37,722 bases of DNA from Campylobacterota bacterium (GTDB lineage: Bacteria > Campylobacterota > Campylobacteria > Campylobacterales > Sulfurovaceae), in NCBI GenBank assembly GCA_034722955.1, contig JAYEOM010000089.1:1-37722 (forward strand). The letters run 5' to 3'. Positions 1 to 8,367 of the stretch are shown in pieces; the stretch's first letter is position 1, and the number at the start of each line of letters is the position of its first letter. A model generated the notes under the pieces. That model did no database searches. It was not told where the DNA came from and saw nothing but the letters and a program-made list of their open reading frames with translations. The position numbers and the translations under genes are program-made.

Positions 1-374
1 CTGACAAGATCATCAAAGTCGGTAAAGAGAAGGGTGAATTGATCGATGCTAAAACCAAGAAGGTTCTTCAGACTTGGGATGCTACACAGTATGAGAATGT
101 TCCGGTCAATGAGGTAAAATCTCCTAATGGCAAAGAGACTCTTGTCCCTTATCCTGAAAAAGTTGGAGCAAAAGTCAAAGAGCCAGTACAGCCTAGACTA
201 CTTCACGCTGAGCCTGCTAACCATGGAAAGTGGACTATGATCTCTGAGTGGACTACAGGTAGAATTGGTATCTATGATTCTAAAACAGGTGAATTTATCA
301 AGTATATTAATAACTTGACTACACCTACATTTACATACTCAGTTGAGCACAGACAACATATCCCTGGTGCATAA
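1..374 (+). CDS. nirS: Cytochrome cd1 nitrite reductase, C-terminal part of d1 beta-propeller (5'-truncated by window edge)
   Basis: Frame is open from position 3 to TAA at 372-374. The C-terminus QPRLLHAEPANHGKWTMISEW..IGIYDSKT..FIKYI..LTTPTFTYSV aligns by eye to the NirS ending RVVQPEYN..G.EVW.SVW...VVDDKT....I....L.TPTGKFNV. It lies directly upstream of heme d1 genes. Confidence 0.75.
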   Translation, partial: DKIIKVGKEKGELIDAKTKKVLQTWDATQYENVPVNEVKSPNGKETLVPYPEKVGAKVKEPVQPRLLHAEPANHGKWTMISEWTTGRIGIYDSKTGEFIKYINNLTTPTFTYSVEHRQHIPGA

Positions 375-389
375 TTGATACTACTCTCT

Positions 390-420
390 CCCTAACCCCC
401 TTGGGGGAGGGTGATTTTTT
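390..420 (+). terminator. GC-rich hairpin with U-tract after nirS (probable leaky intrinsic terminator)
   Basis: CCCT-AA-CCCC-CTTG-GGGG-AGGG followed by TGATTTTTT, about 15 nt after the nirS stop. Confidence 0.6.
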
Positions 421-465
421 GAAGTAATTATCCAATGATTTCAATAAGTTACCAAAGGTGTTTTT

Positions 466-1587
466 GTGAAACAGGTTCTTCTTTTGCTGCTATTTATTCT
501 ACCTCTCTCTCTCTTTTCAGCTAAAGCTAAATATCTTGACAATCACTCCTGCAATGAGTGCCATGAGAAGATATATGAAGAGTTCCAAAGTTCCAGCCAC
601 TCCAATAGCTATTTTACAAATGAACTTCATAGAAAGATAGCTGATTCCGTTAGCAAAGATGAGTATGAGTGTGCTACATGCCATATGCCTATGGCTGATA
701 ACCTCAAGGATCTCATAAGCGGAAAAGCTAAACCAAACAGAGATAATAAAACACATAGTGATGGTGTCTCCTGCTTCTTCTGTCATACTATAGCTTATGT
801 CAAAAAATCACATGAGTTCAATATAAATACCAAGGCACGGCAAGCAGAGGGGTATAAACCTACTATATATGGTAGGCTTGACAATCCGGATGATAATGAT
901 AAACACTCCTCTACCAATAACCCTATATATGGCAAGAAAGTTTGCATGGGGTGCCACTCTCACAAGAGAAACGAGAACAATGTGACTATATTTAGAGCTA
1001 TGGATGATAAGCAGGATAGTGAAAGTTGTATAGAGTGTCATATGCCTGAAGTAGAGGGCGGAGCGGAGAAGATGGATAAGCGAGCTAGGGGTCGGCATGC
1101 CAGCCATAAGTTTCTAGGTATTCATGACAAAGAGATGCGTGAAAAGAGTGCTGATATCAATATCAGCAGTGAAGCTGACAAGTTGATGGTCACACTGACC
1201 AATAGAATGGATCATCCTCTTATCATCCAGCCGGCAAGAGTAAAATATCTCGATATCAAAGTTTTCAGAGGAGATAAAGAGATTTGGAAAAACTATGATA
1301 AACATCCTAGTGAAGATACTCAGGGATATTTTGCTTTCTCTTTCAAGGGAGATGGTGAACAAATTTTGATTCCCGCGACAGCTACAGAGCAGGATGTGAT
1401 CAATAATCTCGGAGCTAGAGAGACCAAGATATTTCCTTATAGTGTAAAAGGGTTAAAAAAAGGTGATAGAGTTGAAGTTTCACTCTATGTAAAATTGGCA
1501 AAAGATGACTGTCTAAAGGTGATAAATCTAAATGACTCAACTCTAAATGAGCCAATTTTGATGAAAAAGTATGAGATAGAACTATAG
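466..1587 (+). CDS. Periplasmic pentaheme cytochrome c (cytochrome c554/c-552-like family)
   Basis: Sec signal peptide and five CxxCH motifs (CNECH, CATCH, CFFCH, CMGCH, CIECH), followed by a heme-free beta-rich C-terminal domain. GTG start with AAAGGTG RBS. Confidence 0.85.
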   Translation: MKQVLLLLLFILPLSLFSAKAKYLDNHSCNECHEKIYEEFQSSSHSNSYFTNELHRKIADSVSKDEYECATCHMPMADNLKDLISGKAKPNRDNKTHSDGVSCFFCHTIAYVKKSHEFNINTKARQAEGYKPTIYGRLDNPDDNDKHSSTNNPIYGKKVCMGCHSHKRNENNVTIFRAMDDKQDSESCIECHMPEVEGGAEKMDKRARGRHASHKFLGIHDKEMREKSADINISSEADKLMVTLTNRMDHPLIIQPARVKYLDIKVFRGDKEIWKNYDKHPSEDTQGYFAFSFKGDGEQILIPATATEQDVINNLGARETKIFPYSVKGLKKGDRVEVSLYVKLAKDDCLKVINLNDSTLNEPILMKKYEIEL

Positions 1588-1591
1588 AGAT

Positions 1592-2680
1592 ATGATAAAG
1601 TTTTTACTCTCAGGAGTTGCTATTGCCCTATCATTTCTGGGTATTATACTTCTGCTTCCTGCTATCATGCCCGATAAACCCATACCGCATTATGATGATC
1701 AAACACTGCGTGAAATGGCACTTTCCAGAGATATCAAGCCGATACCGTTAGATGATGAGGGTTTGCTTAGAGCCGTAGATAACCCAAACAACCCAATGAG
1801 TCGCGAGAAGGTTGTATTGGGCAAAAAACTTTTCTTTGATTCTCTCTTGTCCAAAGACCAGACACTAAACTGTGCCAGCTGCCATATCTTGGAGCAGGGT
1901 GGTGATGACAATCTACCTACTGCCATAGGTTACCATGGACGAGCCAATCCCAGCCATCTCAATTCGCCAACGGTATTGAATGCCGCTTTGGCACAGAGTC
2001 AGTTTTGGGATGGCAGAGCCAAAGATGTAGAAGAGCAGGCAGCAGGACCCATACAAGCACCATTTGAGATGAATATGAGACCAGAAGAGGTTGTTAGCCG
2101 CTTGAGTGCTATACCTGAATATGTCGATAGTTTCCAGCAAGTATTTGGAGAACCGATCTCTTTCAGAAATGTACAAAAAGCTATAGGTGCTTATGAGAGA
2201 ACACTACTTACCTACGGTAAATTCGATCGATTTCTGGAGGGTAATGACACTTCTATCTCTCCTGCTGCAAAACGGGGTCTTGCTCTCTTTATCAGACGAG
2301 GCTGCAAAGGGTGTCATACAGGGATGAGTGTAGGGGGACAGAGTATACAGAAGTTCCCTCTGCGTTCATATCCTGAAGATCTCCTCAATCTGCAATTTTC
2401 TCCAAATCTAAAAATAGTGGATAGCACTTTTCCTTTTGAAAATATAGGAGGATTCCTCGGCAGAGATGATGCCTTGAGGTTTAGAGTTCCTATCCTCCGA
2501 AATATCAGCAAAACAGCTCCATATTTTCATAATGGATCTATCTCTGAACTAGAAGAGGCTGTACGCATCATGAGTAAATATCAAGTGGGTAGAGAGTTTA
2601 CCCCCAAAGAGATAGATGATGTAGTAGAGTTTCTTAAAACACTTGATGGGGAGATGGTCGATTATGCTATTGGAAAATAA
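1592..2680 (+). CDS. Diheme cytochrome c peroxidase (bCcP/MauG superfamily), N-terminal membrane anchor
   Basis: CASCH and CKGCH hemes; motifs NSPTVLN, QFWDGRA, EEQAAGP, FRVPILRN, TAPYFHNGS; Met ligand in AVRIMSKYQ. Confidence 0.9.
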   Translation: MIKFLLSGVAIALSFLGIILLLPAIMPDKPIPHYDDQTLREMALSRDIKPIPLDDEGLLRAVDNPNNPMSREKVVLGKKLFFDSLLSKDQTLNCASCHILEQGGDDNLPTAIGYHGRANPSHLNSPTVLNAALAQSQFWDGRAKDVEEQAAGPIQAPFEMNMRPEEVVSRLSAIPEYVDSFQQVFGEPISFRNVQKAIGAYERTLLTYGKFDRFLEGNDTSISPAAKRGLALFIRRGCKGCHTGMSVGGQSIQKFPLRSYPEDLLNLQFSPNLKIVDSTFPFENIGGFLGRDDALRFRVPILRNISKTAPYFHNGSISELEEAVRIMSKYQVGREFTPKEIDDVVEFLKTLDGEMVDYAIGK

Positions 2681-2704
2681 AAAAGTGATAAATACCGGCT
2701 AAAC

Positions 2705-2745
2705 TTATCTAAAATCAAGTCGCTAAGAAAAAAAAATGTTATTAT
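2705..2745 (+). promoter_or_regulatory. Degenerate FNR/Nss-type box plus extended -10 (putative class II promoter of nirC-nirJ-nirF-nirE)
   Basis: TTATC-TAAA-ATCAA at 2705-2718 (one perfect half site) and TGT-TATTAT at 2737-2745. Box centre is about -40.5 from the predicted +1. Confidence 0.5.
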
Positions 2746-2780
2746 TCATCTTTAATTTTAATAAAGATGGAGAAAAAGTG

Positions 2781-3101
2781 ATGAATAGGCTGTTAACGGC
2801 TTTGCTATTGACACTAAGTCTAGCTACTGCACTGCAAGCTCAATCAGGAAAAAAGGTCTTTGAAGCTTACTGTTGGGGATGTCATCATCAAACAGCAGAA
2901 GCCTTTGGTCCCTCATTTACAGAGATTGCTACTCATAGATCTGAAGATGAGATCCGTGCTATGATCACTGATCCGGCATCTGTTTCCAAAGTTTTTGGCT
3001 ACAAACGCAATGCAATGCCACCATTTCAATTGACAAAAGAGGATATGAGTGCAATAACTGCATATATCCTATCCTTCAAGCCCCAGAAGAGAGAGAAGTA
3101 G
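2781..3101 (+). CDS. Monoheme c-type cytochrome (NirC/NirM-like)
   Basis: Start reassigned to ATG 2781 (GGAG RBS upstream). Signal peptide, CWGCH, distal Met in NAMPPF; abuts nirJ. Confidence 0.8.
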   Translation: MNRLLTALLLTLSLATALQAQSGKKVFEAYCWGCHHQTAEAFGPSFTEIATHRSEDEIRAMITDPASVSKVFGYKRNAMPPFQLTKEDMSAITAYILSFKPQKREK

Positions 3102-4229
3102 ATGTTTAGACTCTCAAATTTACTCAACTCAGTGGTCGCCGGTAAGCCGGCACGCGTACTAGATGGGAGTATAGCGATATGGAATTTTACCAACCGTTGC
3201 AATCTATCCTGCCTCCACTGCTACTCCAAGGCAGATCTCGATGCTATTGATACCCTAAGCAGTGAGAAGATCATGGATACACTGCCTAAACTAAAGGCAA
3301 ACGGAGTTAAATTTCTCATCTTTTCAGGTGGTGAACCTCTAACAAGAAAAGATATTTACGATATTGCTGCTCGATGCAAAGAGTTGGGGATAGTTACCTA
3401 CCTCTCGACCAATGGACTATATGTCAAAACCAGTAATGCCGAGAAGATTCTTGATACTTTTGACTATATCGGTATCAGTATCGATGGAAGCCAAAAGGTT
3501 CATGATGAGTTTCGCGGACTTGAAGGCTCCTTTATGGAGTCAATGAGAGCGGTTGATCTTCTAAACAGTTATGGGAAAACCAAAGTCGGGATCAGATTTA
3601 CGATCACAAAAGATACTTATGATGATTTGCCATTTATTTTTGATTTGGCAGAGAAGCATAATATTCCAAAGATATATATCTCTCACTTGGTCTACTCCGG
3701 AAGAGGGCTAGAGAACCTAGAGATGGACTTGACCAAAGAGCAGAGGATCGAAGCTGTCAACTTTATCCTAGATATGGCTTTTGAGTATCATGAGAGTGGC
3801 AGGGATATAGAGATCGTAACAGGCAACATGGAGATGGATGCTATCCTTTTTTATGATAAATTTATCATAAAATACCCTGAACATGCCCAAGAGATGAAAG
3901 AGAGACTTATAGCATGGGGGGGCAATAGTGCAGGAAGAAAACTACTCAATATCGATAGTGAAGGATTTGTCAAGCCTGATCCTTTCTTTCCTGTGAAGAT
4001 CGGCAATATCTTAAATCAAGATTTTTCTGATATTTGGACTAAGGAGCCGACTGAACTGTTGCAAAAACTTCGTCTGCACCCAAGAGAACTAGCCGGAAAA
4101 TGTACTGATTGTCGTTATCTTGCGATATGCAACGGTGGCTCTCGAAGCAGAGCTTATGCTATTTATGGTGATATGTGGGCAGAAGATCCATCCTGTTATT
4201 TGACAGAAGAAGAAACAAAAGGAGAGTAG
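3102..4229 (+). CDS. nirJ: Heme d1 biosynthesis radical SAM protein
   Basis: IWNFTNRCNLSCLHCYS (CxxxCxxC), SGGEP, SHLVYSGRG, WGGNSAG and SPASM cysteines CTDC...CNGGSR..A...DPSC; nir context. Confidence 0.9.
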   Translation: MFRLSNLLNSVVAGKPARVLDGSIAIWNFTNRCNLSCLHCYSKADLDAIDTLSSEKIMDTLPKLKANGVKFLIFSGGEPLTRKDIYDIAARCKELGIVTYLSTNGLYVKTSNAEKILDTFDYIGISIDGSQKVHDEFRGLEGSFMESMRAVDLLNSYGKTKVGIRFTITKDTYDDLPFIFDLAEKHNIPKIYISHLVYSGRGLENLEMDLTKEQRIEAVNFILDMAFEYHESGRDIEIVTGNMEMDAILFYDKFIIKYPEHAQEMKERLIAWGGNSAGRKLLNIDSEGFVKPDPFFPVKIGNILNQDFSDIWTKEPTELLQKLRLHPRELAGKCTDCRYLAICNGGSRSRAYAIYGDMWAEDPSCYLTEEETKGE

Positions 4230-4231
4230 AT

Positions 4232-5350
4232 ATGAAAAAAATATTGAGTAGCTTACTATTGACTGCAGCTTTATTTGGGGTCACTCCCAGTGAAAAAGAA
4301 AAAATCTTTGTTGTAGAGAGAGAGTCAGAATCTTTGGCAGTTATCAAAAAAGGTTTAGTTAAATCCAGAATGGAAAATATGCACAATATGAACCATGGTA
4401 TTATCAAATTTGACGGAGAAGATGGTTATCTGATCAGTCGTGATGGTTATGTTGTTCGATTTGATCCGATGAGTGAAAAAGTACTCAATGAATACAAGAC
4501 GAGCAGATCTGCTATCGGCTTTGTGATCGGCAAAAACTATGTCGCTGTAGCCAATTATGATGATAAGTCTGTTGATATTTTGACTCGTGATCTCAAGCCT
4601 ATAGAGAAGATAAAAACAGGTTCCAAAAATGTAGGGATCAAGATATACAAAGATTATCTTATCTTTGCTCAGATGGATAGTGACAAAGTAACAATACTCA
4701 AAAATGAAAATGCAGGCAAGGGTTTGCCAAAATTCAAAATCTTTAAAGAGTTCAATGTAGGAGAGATGCCATTTGATGCAATGATACAGGGCAATACCTA
4801 TATAGTAGGTTTCTTCTTGAGTAAATCTTTTGGGGTTGTAGATCTTGATACGATGAAGTTTTCGGAGATCAAGATCACTGCTGATGGAGACAAGCCTGTA
4901 CTTAAAGTGCCACATTTTGGCTTTTGGAGTTTGAGCAAGGATAAGATCTTCATCCCTGCAGTGGGAGATAATAAAGTAATGGTTTATGACCCCGACTTTA
5001 AGTTCATTAAAAATATTGAGATGCAGGGTTTACCAGTCTTTACGGCACTGAGTCCTGACAAAAAATATCTAGCCGTCACCTTTTCGGGAAAGGATTTCCC
5101 TACAATACAGATCGTAGATACCAAAACACTGAAAATTACCAAAACTTTCACTTTTACGGGCAAAATACTTCATGTGCGATGGTCAAATATAGATGATTTT
5201 CTCTATGTCTCAGTCAATGGACAAGGTGAGGAGCGAGATCAAAACAAAGTAAATGTTATCAATACCAAAGAGTGGTTTCTTGAGCGTGAAATATTTCAAG
5301 TCAAACACCCCTCAGGTATCTTTATCTATGAAGTAGGAGATAGTAAATAA
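4232..5350 (+). CDS. nirF: Heme d1 biosynthesis periplasmic beta-propeller protein
   Basis: Start reassigned to ATG 4232 (GGAG RBS). Signal peptide; VVERE, NH...KF..DG..SRDG, VAVANY, MPFDA, KVPHFGFW, GLPVF, ILHVRW and PSGIF motifs typical of NirF; no CxxCH. Confidence 0.85.
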   Translation: MKKILSSLLLTAALFGVTPSEKEKIFVVERESESLAVIKKGLVKSRMENMHNMNHGIIKFDGEDGYLISRDGYVVRFDPMSEKVLNEYKTSRSAIGFVIGKNYVAVANYDDKSVDILTRDLKPIEKIKTGSKNVGIKIYKDYLIFAQMDSDKVTILKNENAGKGLPKFKIFKEFNVGEMPFDAMIQGNTYIVGFFLSKSFGVVDLDTMKFSEIKITADGDKPVLKVPHFGFWSLSKDKIFIPAVGDNKVMVYDPDFKFIKNIEMQGLPVFTALSPDKKYLAVTFSGKDFPTIQIVDTKTLKITKTFTFTGKILHVRWSNIDDFLYVSVNGQGEERDQNKVNVINTKEWFLEREIFQVKHPSGIFIYEVGDSK

Positions 5351-6093
5351 TGGGCAGAGTATATCTCACCGGTGCCGGACCGGGTAATATCGAACTATTG
5401 ACAGTCAAAGCTCTGCGTCTCGTCAGAGAAGCTGATGTCATCATCTATGATCGTCTTGCCAATCCTGATATACTCAAAGAGGCAAAAGATGGCTGTGAAT
5501 TTGTCTATGTAGGCAAGGAGGATAGTCACCATACGCTGCCCCAAGAGGAGATCAATGAAGTTATCTATCAAAATGCATTGAAGCATGAGACAACTGTACG
5601 ACTCAAAGGTGGAGATCCATTTGTATTTGGGCGTGGTGGTGAAGAGGGTATCTATCTGCGTGAAAGAGGGATCAAGTTTGAATTTATACCAGGTATTACC
5701 TCTGCGATTGCAGTTCCTGAATATGCCGGTATACCTGTAACCCATCGCGGGATTACAGTCTCTTTTCGTGTAGTAACAGGTCATGAATCCAAAAACAAAG
5801 ATCACTCTCAGATACCGTGGGAAAACTACAAAACAGATGATACTATTATATTTTTGATGGGACTTCATCGTCTCAAAACTATCGCCAAGAAACTTATAGA
5901 GGTTGGAAAGCCCAAAGATTATCCTATCGCAGTGATCAGTCGCGGAACAACCAAAGATGAGAAGACTATAGTGGGAACACTTGAGACTATATGGGATTTG
6001 GCAAAAGAGCTGCCTACACCTGCTCTGATCATTGTGGGAGAGGTTGTCAATCTTCGTGATCAGCTCAGCTGGTTTGAGGAGCAGCAACATTAA
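5350..6093 (+). CDS. nirE: Uroporphyrinogen-III C-methyltransferase (CobA/NirE)
   Basis: VYLTGAGPG, YDRL, RLKGGDPFVFGRGGEE, PGITSA, GIPVTHRG; coupled to nirF by a TAATG overlap. Confidence 0.92.
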   Translation: MGRVYLTGAGPGNIELLTVKALRLVREADVIIYDRLANPDILKEAKDGCEFVYVGKEDSHHTLPQEEINEVIYQNALKHETTVRLKGGDPFVFGRGGEEGIYLRERGIKFEFIPGITSAIAVPEYAGIPVTHRGITVSFRVVTGHESKNKDHSQIPWENYKTDDTIIFLMGLHRLKTIAKKLIEVGKPKDYPIAVISRGTTKDEKTIVGTLETIWDLAKELPTPALIIVGEVVNLRDQLSWFEEQQH

Positions 6094-6153
6094 ACCAGAA
6101 ATATGCAATAGAGTTGCTAAAATAGTCAAAAAGATAATTAATAAAAGAAAGTT

Positions 6154-6855
6154 ATGTACGACTTAACAGATATTCAGCTATTTTCAAAAGTTTCTGACAA
6201 ATACCTCGCTGAGCTTAAACAAAATGCAGTAATGAGAAGTTACAGCAAAGATAGTATTGTATTTTATGAAGGTGATAGCAGTAGATATCTCTATATTATT
6301 CTTGAGGGTACAGTAAAGCTCTATAAGACAACACCAAAAGGTACTCAGATCCAAATCAACCGCTTTGAGGCACCTGCTATGGTGGGAGAGTATGCTTGCT
6401 TTGAAGATCAACCATTTCCTGCAACTTGTGAATTTGTACGAGATGGAAAGTTGGCTATGATACACTTTGACTATATACTTAAAAATCTTGAAAATAGGCA
6501 ATTTTCTCTTGAGTTGATCAAGTCGCTTACCTCTAAGGTTATGGTACTATCATCACTCATCCATAAAGAGACAATCTTCTCATCTGAAGCCAAAGTAGCA
6601 AAGATGCTGATCGAAAATGTAGAGATTTTTAGTAAACTCAAGTACAATGAGATAGCAGCTATCCTAAACCTAACTCCTGAGACTCTATCACGAATATTTA
6701 AGAAGTTCAAAAAAGAGAAGGTTATTGAGATGAAGACAGGCCACCGCATCAAAATAGTAGATTATGATGTGCTAGAAGAGGTGATAGAGAACAATAAAAT
6801 AAAAGAGTGCAACAATTGCATTGCACAGTTCAAAATCAATGCAGACAATAAATAG
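6154..6855 (+). CDS. Crp/Fnr family transcriptional regulator (DNR/NssR-like) with C-terminal CxxC
   Basis: cNMP-like domain (FYEGD...ILEGTVKLYK), HTH recognition helix TPETLSR (ExxSR), tail KECNNCIAQF. Extended -10 TGCTAAAAT at 6115-6123. Confidence 0.88.
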   Translation: MYDLTDIQLFSKVSDKYLAELKQNAVMRSYSKDSIVFYEGDSSRYLYIILEGTVKLYKTTPKGTQIQINRFEAPAMVGEYACFEDQPFPATCEFVRDGKLAMIHFDYILKNLENRQFSLELIKSLTSKVMVLSSLIHKETIFSSEAKVAKMLIENVEIFSKLKYNEIAAILNLTPETLSRIFKKFKKEKVIEMKTGHRIKIVDYDVLEEVIENNKIKECNNCIAQFKINADNK

Positions 6856-6907
6856 GCTACCCCAATGAAATAAACCTATTTGGGTGTTTATTTCATTGGG
6901 GTAGCCT
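6854..6907. repeat. Perfect 22-bp inverted repeat between convergent genes (MITE-like element / bidirectional terminator)
   Basis: AGGCTACCCCAATGAAATAAAC-ctatttgggt-GTTTATTTCATTGGGGTAGCCT; overlaps both stop codons. Confidence 0.85.
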
Positions 6908-8345
6908 TACGCAAATCGATCGATCGATCAAACTCTATATTGTATTTTTTGAGGATTCCTGCCTGTTTTGAGAGTGCCTCACTGCGGTTGATAACTACTT
7001 TTGCTCCATCTTTATCTTCTAGCACCAGATATTCACCATCAAACTCTTGCACTCCTCTATAAAAAGCATCAAAGGTATCAAAGGTCTCTCCATTTAGTTT
7101 CTCAATCGACCAGAGAGAGAAGCCATAGTTACCTCTATTTAAGTCTGCTGCAAGCACTTTGAGGAGTACAACAACCTCTTTTCTCTTTTTTGTTGGCCAC
7201 TCTGTTGCTGCATAGCGAAGTTTCAATTTGCGTTGACCGCTTTTTCTGAGAAGATTTCTAGTCAGAGGAGTGAAGACATATCCTCCATATATAAAATATC
7301 TTGGCATCTTGTCATACTCTGTTGTTTTGACAAGTAGCAGATCATCTGCTACATGCTCAAGCTTTGCCTCTATAGATAATCTTTTTTTATCCCTTACTAT
7401 ATCTAGTTTGACTTTTTCTTCTATCTGATGCTGATCAGTAAAGTAGTGATAAGAGGTGTATTCATGTTCTCTAAATGCTACTGTACTATCATCCTCTATA
7501 TTGTGTCCATCTATCGCAGTAATGATATCGCCCTCTTTTATGATCCCTTTGAGCGAAGAGTTGTAAACCATATTGACTACTAAGTTGCCCGTGGTATTCT
7601 CATCGAGATGATAATAGGCTTTGATTGTTGGATTTTCTAATGTCTGTGTAGTCAACCCTAAATCAGCAAAACCATCATACTCTCCATCTTTTATATCTTC
7701 AAGAAAATGTTTGACCATATTGACAGGTACCAAGTATCCTATATTTTGAGATTTACTCAAACTTTGCATTACAACACCTACTATCTTTCCATTAGAGAGA
7801 GCAGGTCCTCCACTGTTCCCGGGGTTGACTGCCGCATCAACCTGTATAGCCAAAAAAGCCTCTCCACTGTGTGCATAACGGTGATGCTCAATACGCGATA
7901 CGATACCTGTAGTTGCGGAGAGGGTATTGCCACCCATAGGAAAACCATAAACAACTATCTCATCCTCTATAAAAGGTAGGCTGCCTAACTCTAAGGGGAC
8001 AACTCCTTTGAAAAAACGCTGATCTTCTACCTCCAAAAGAGCCATATCTGCTTGATGTGAAACACTCAATACTTTGGCTATATATCGTTTTCGCTCTCCA
8101 TATCGTTGAACTTCCAAGAAGGTACTGTTGGCAACAACATGTGCATTTGTCAAGATGCGATTGTCAGATATGATAGCACCTGATCCGCTAGATCTTCTTA
8201 TCGAGCTACTCCATGGCTCCAAGTAGTTAGGTACTTTGGAGATAGTGTAGATCTTGACAATCGCCTGTTTTGCTTGATCCTCTTTTGTGCTGTTGCCGGC
8301 GATAAGTTGTAAACTTACTATGACAACTATCCAGATAAAACGCAT
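6888..8345 (-). CDS. Trypsin-like serine protease with PDZ domains (HtrA/Deg family, plant Deg2-like architecture)
   Basis: Signal peptide; catalytic triad motifs TNAHVV, ADMALL, NPGNSGGP; PDZ region GDIITAIDG; C-terminal PRYFIYGGYVFTPLT. Confidence 0.88.
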   Translation of the reverse strand: MRFIWIVVIVSLQLIAGNSTKEDQAKQAIVKIYTISKVPNYLEPWSSSIRRSSGSGAIISDNRILTNAHVVANSTFLEVQRYGERKRYIAKVLSVSHQADMALLEVEDQRFFKGVVPLELGSLPFIEDEIVVYGFPMGGNTLSATTGIVSRIEHHRYAHSGEAFLAIQVDAAVNPGNSGGPALSNGKIVGVVMQSLSKSQNIGYLVPVNMVKHFLEDIKDGEYDGFADLGLTTQTLENPTIKAYYHLDENTTGNLVVNMVYNSSLKGIIKEGDIITAIDGHNIEDDSTVAFREHEYTSYHYFTDQHQIEEKVKLDIVRDKKRLSIEAKLEHVADDLLLVKTTEYDKMPRYFIYGGYVFTPLTRNLLRKSGQRKLKLRYAATEWPTKKRKEVVVLLKVLAADLNRGNYGFSLWSIEKLNGETFDTFDAFYRGVQEFDGEYLVLEDKDGAKVVINRSEALSKQAGILKKYNIEFDRSIDLRKATPMK

Positions 8346-8367
8346 AATAACTCCTCTATAGGTAATG

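Noticed and set aside
1592..2680. MauG-type (protein-modifying) assignment of the diheme enzyme
   Set aside because: It retains the Met ligand of the C-terminal heme and CcpA-like motifs, and no amine dehydrogenase substrate gene is nearby.
4355..4915. 186-aa antisense ORF and the many other short ORFs nested in long genes
   Set aside because: All lie within well-supported genes on the other strand or frame and lack protein-family features.
5395..6129. 244-aa antisense ORF
   Set aside because: Shadow of nirE on the opposite strand; no recognisable motifs or RBS.
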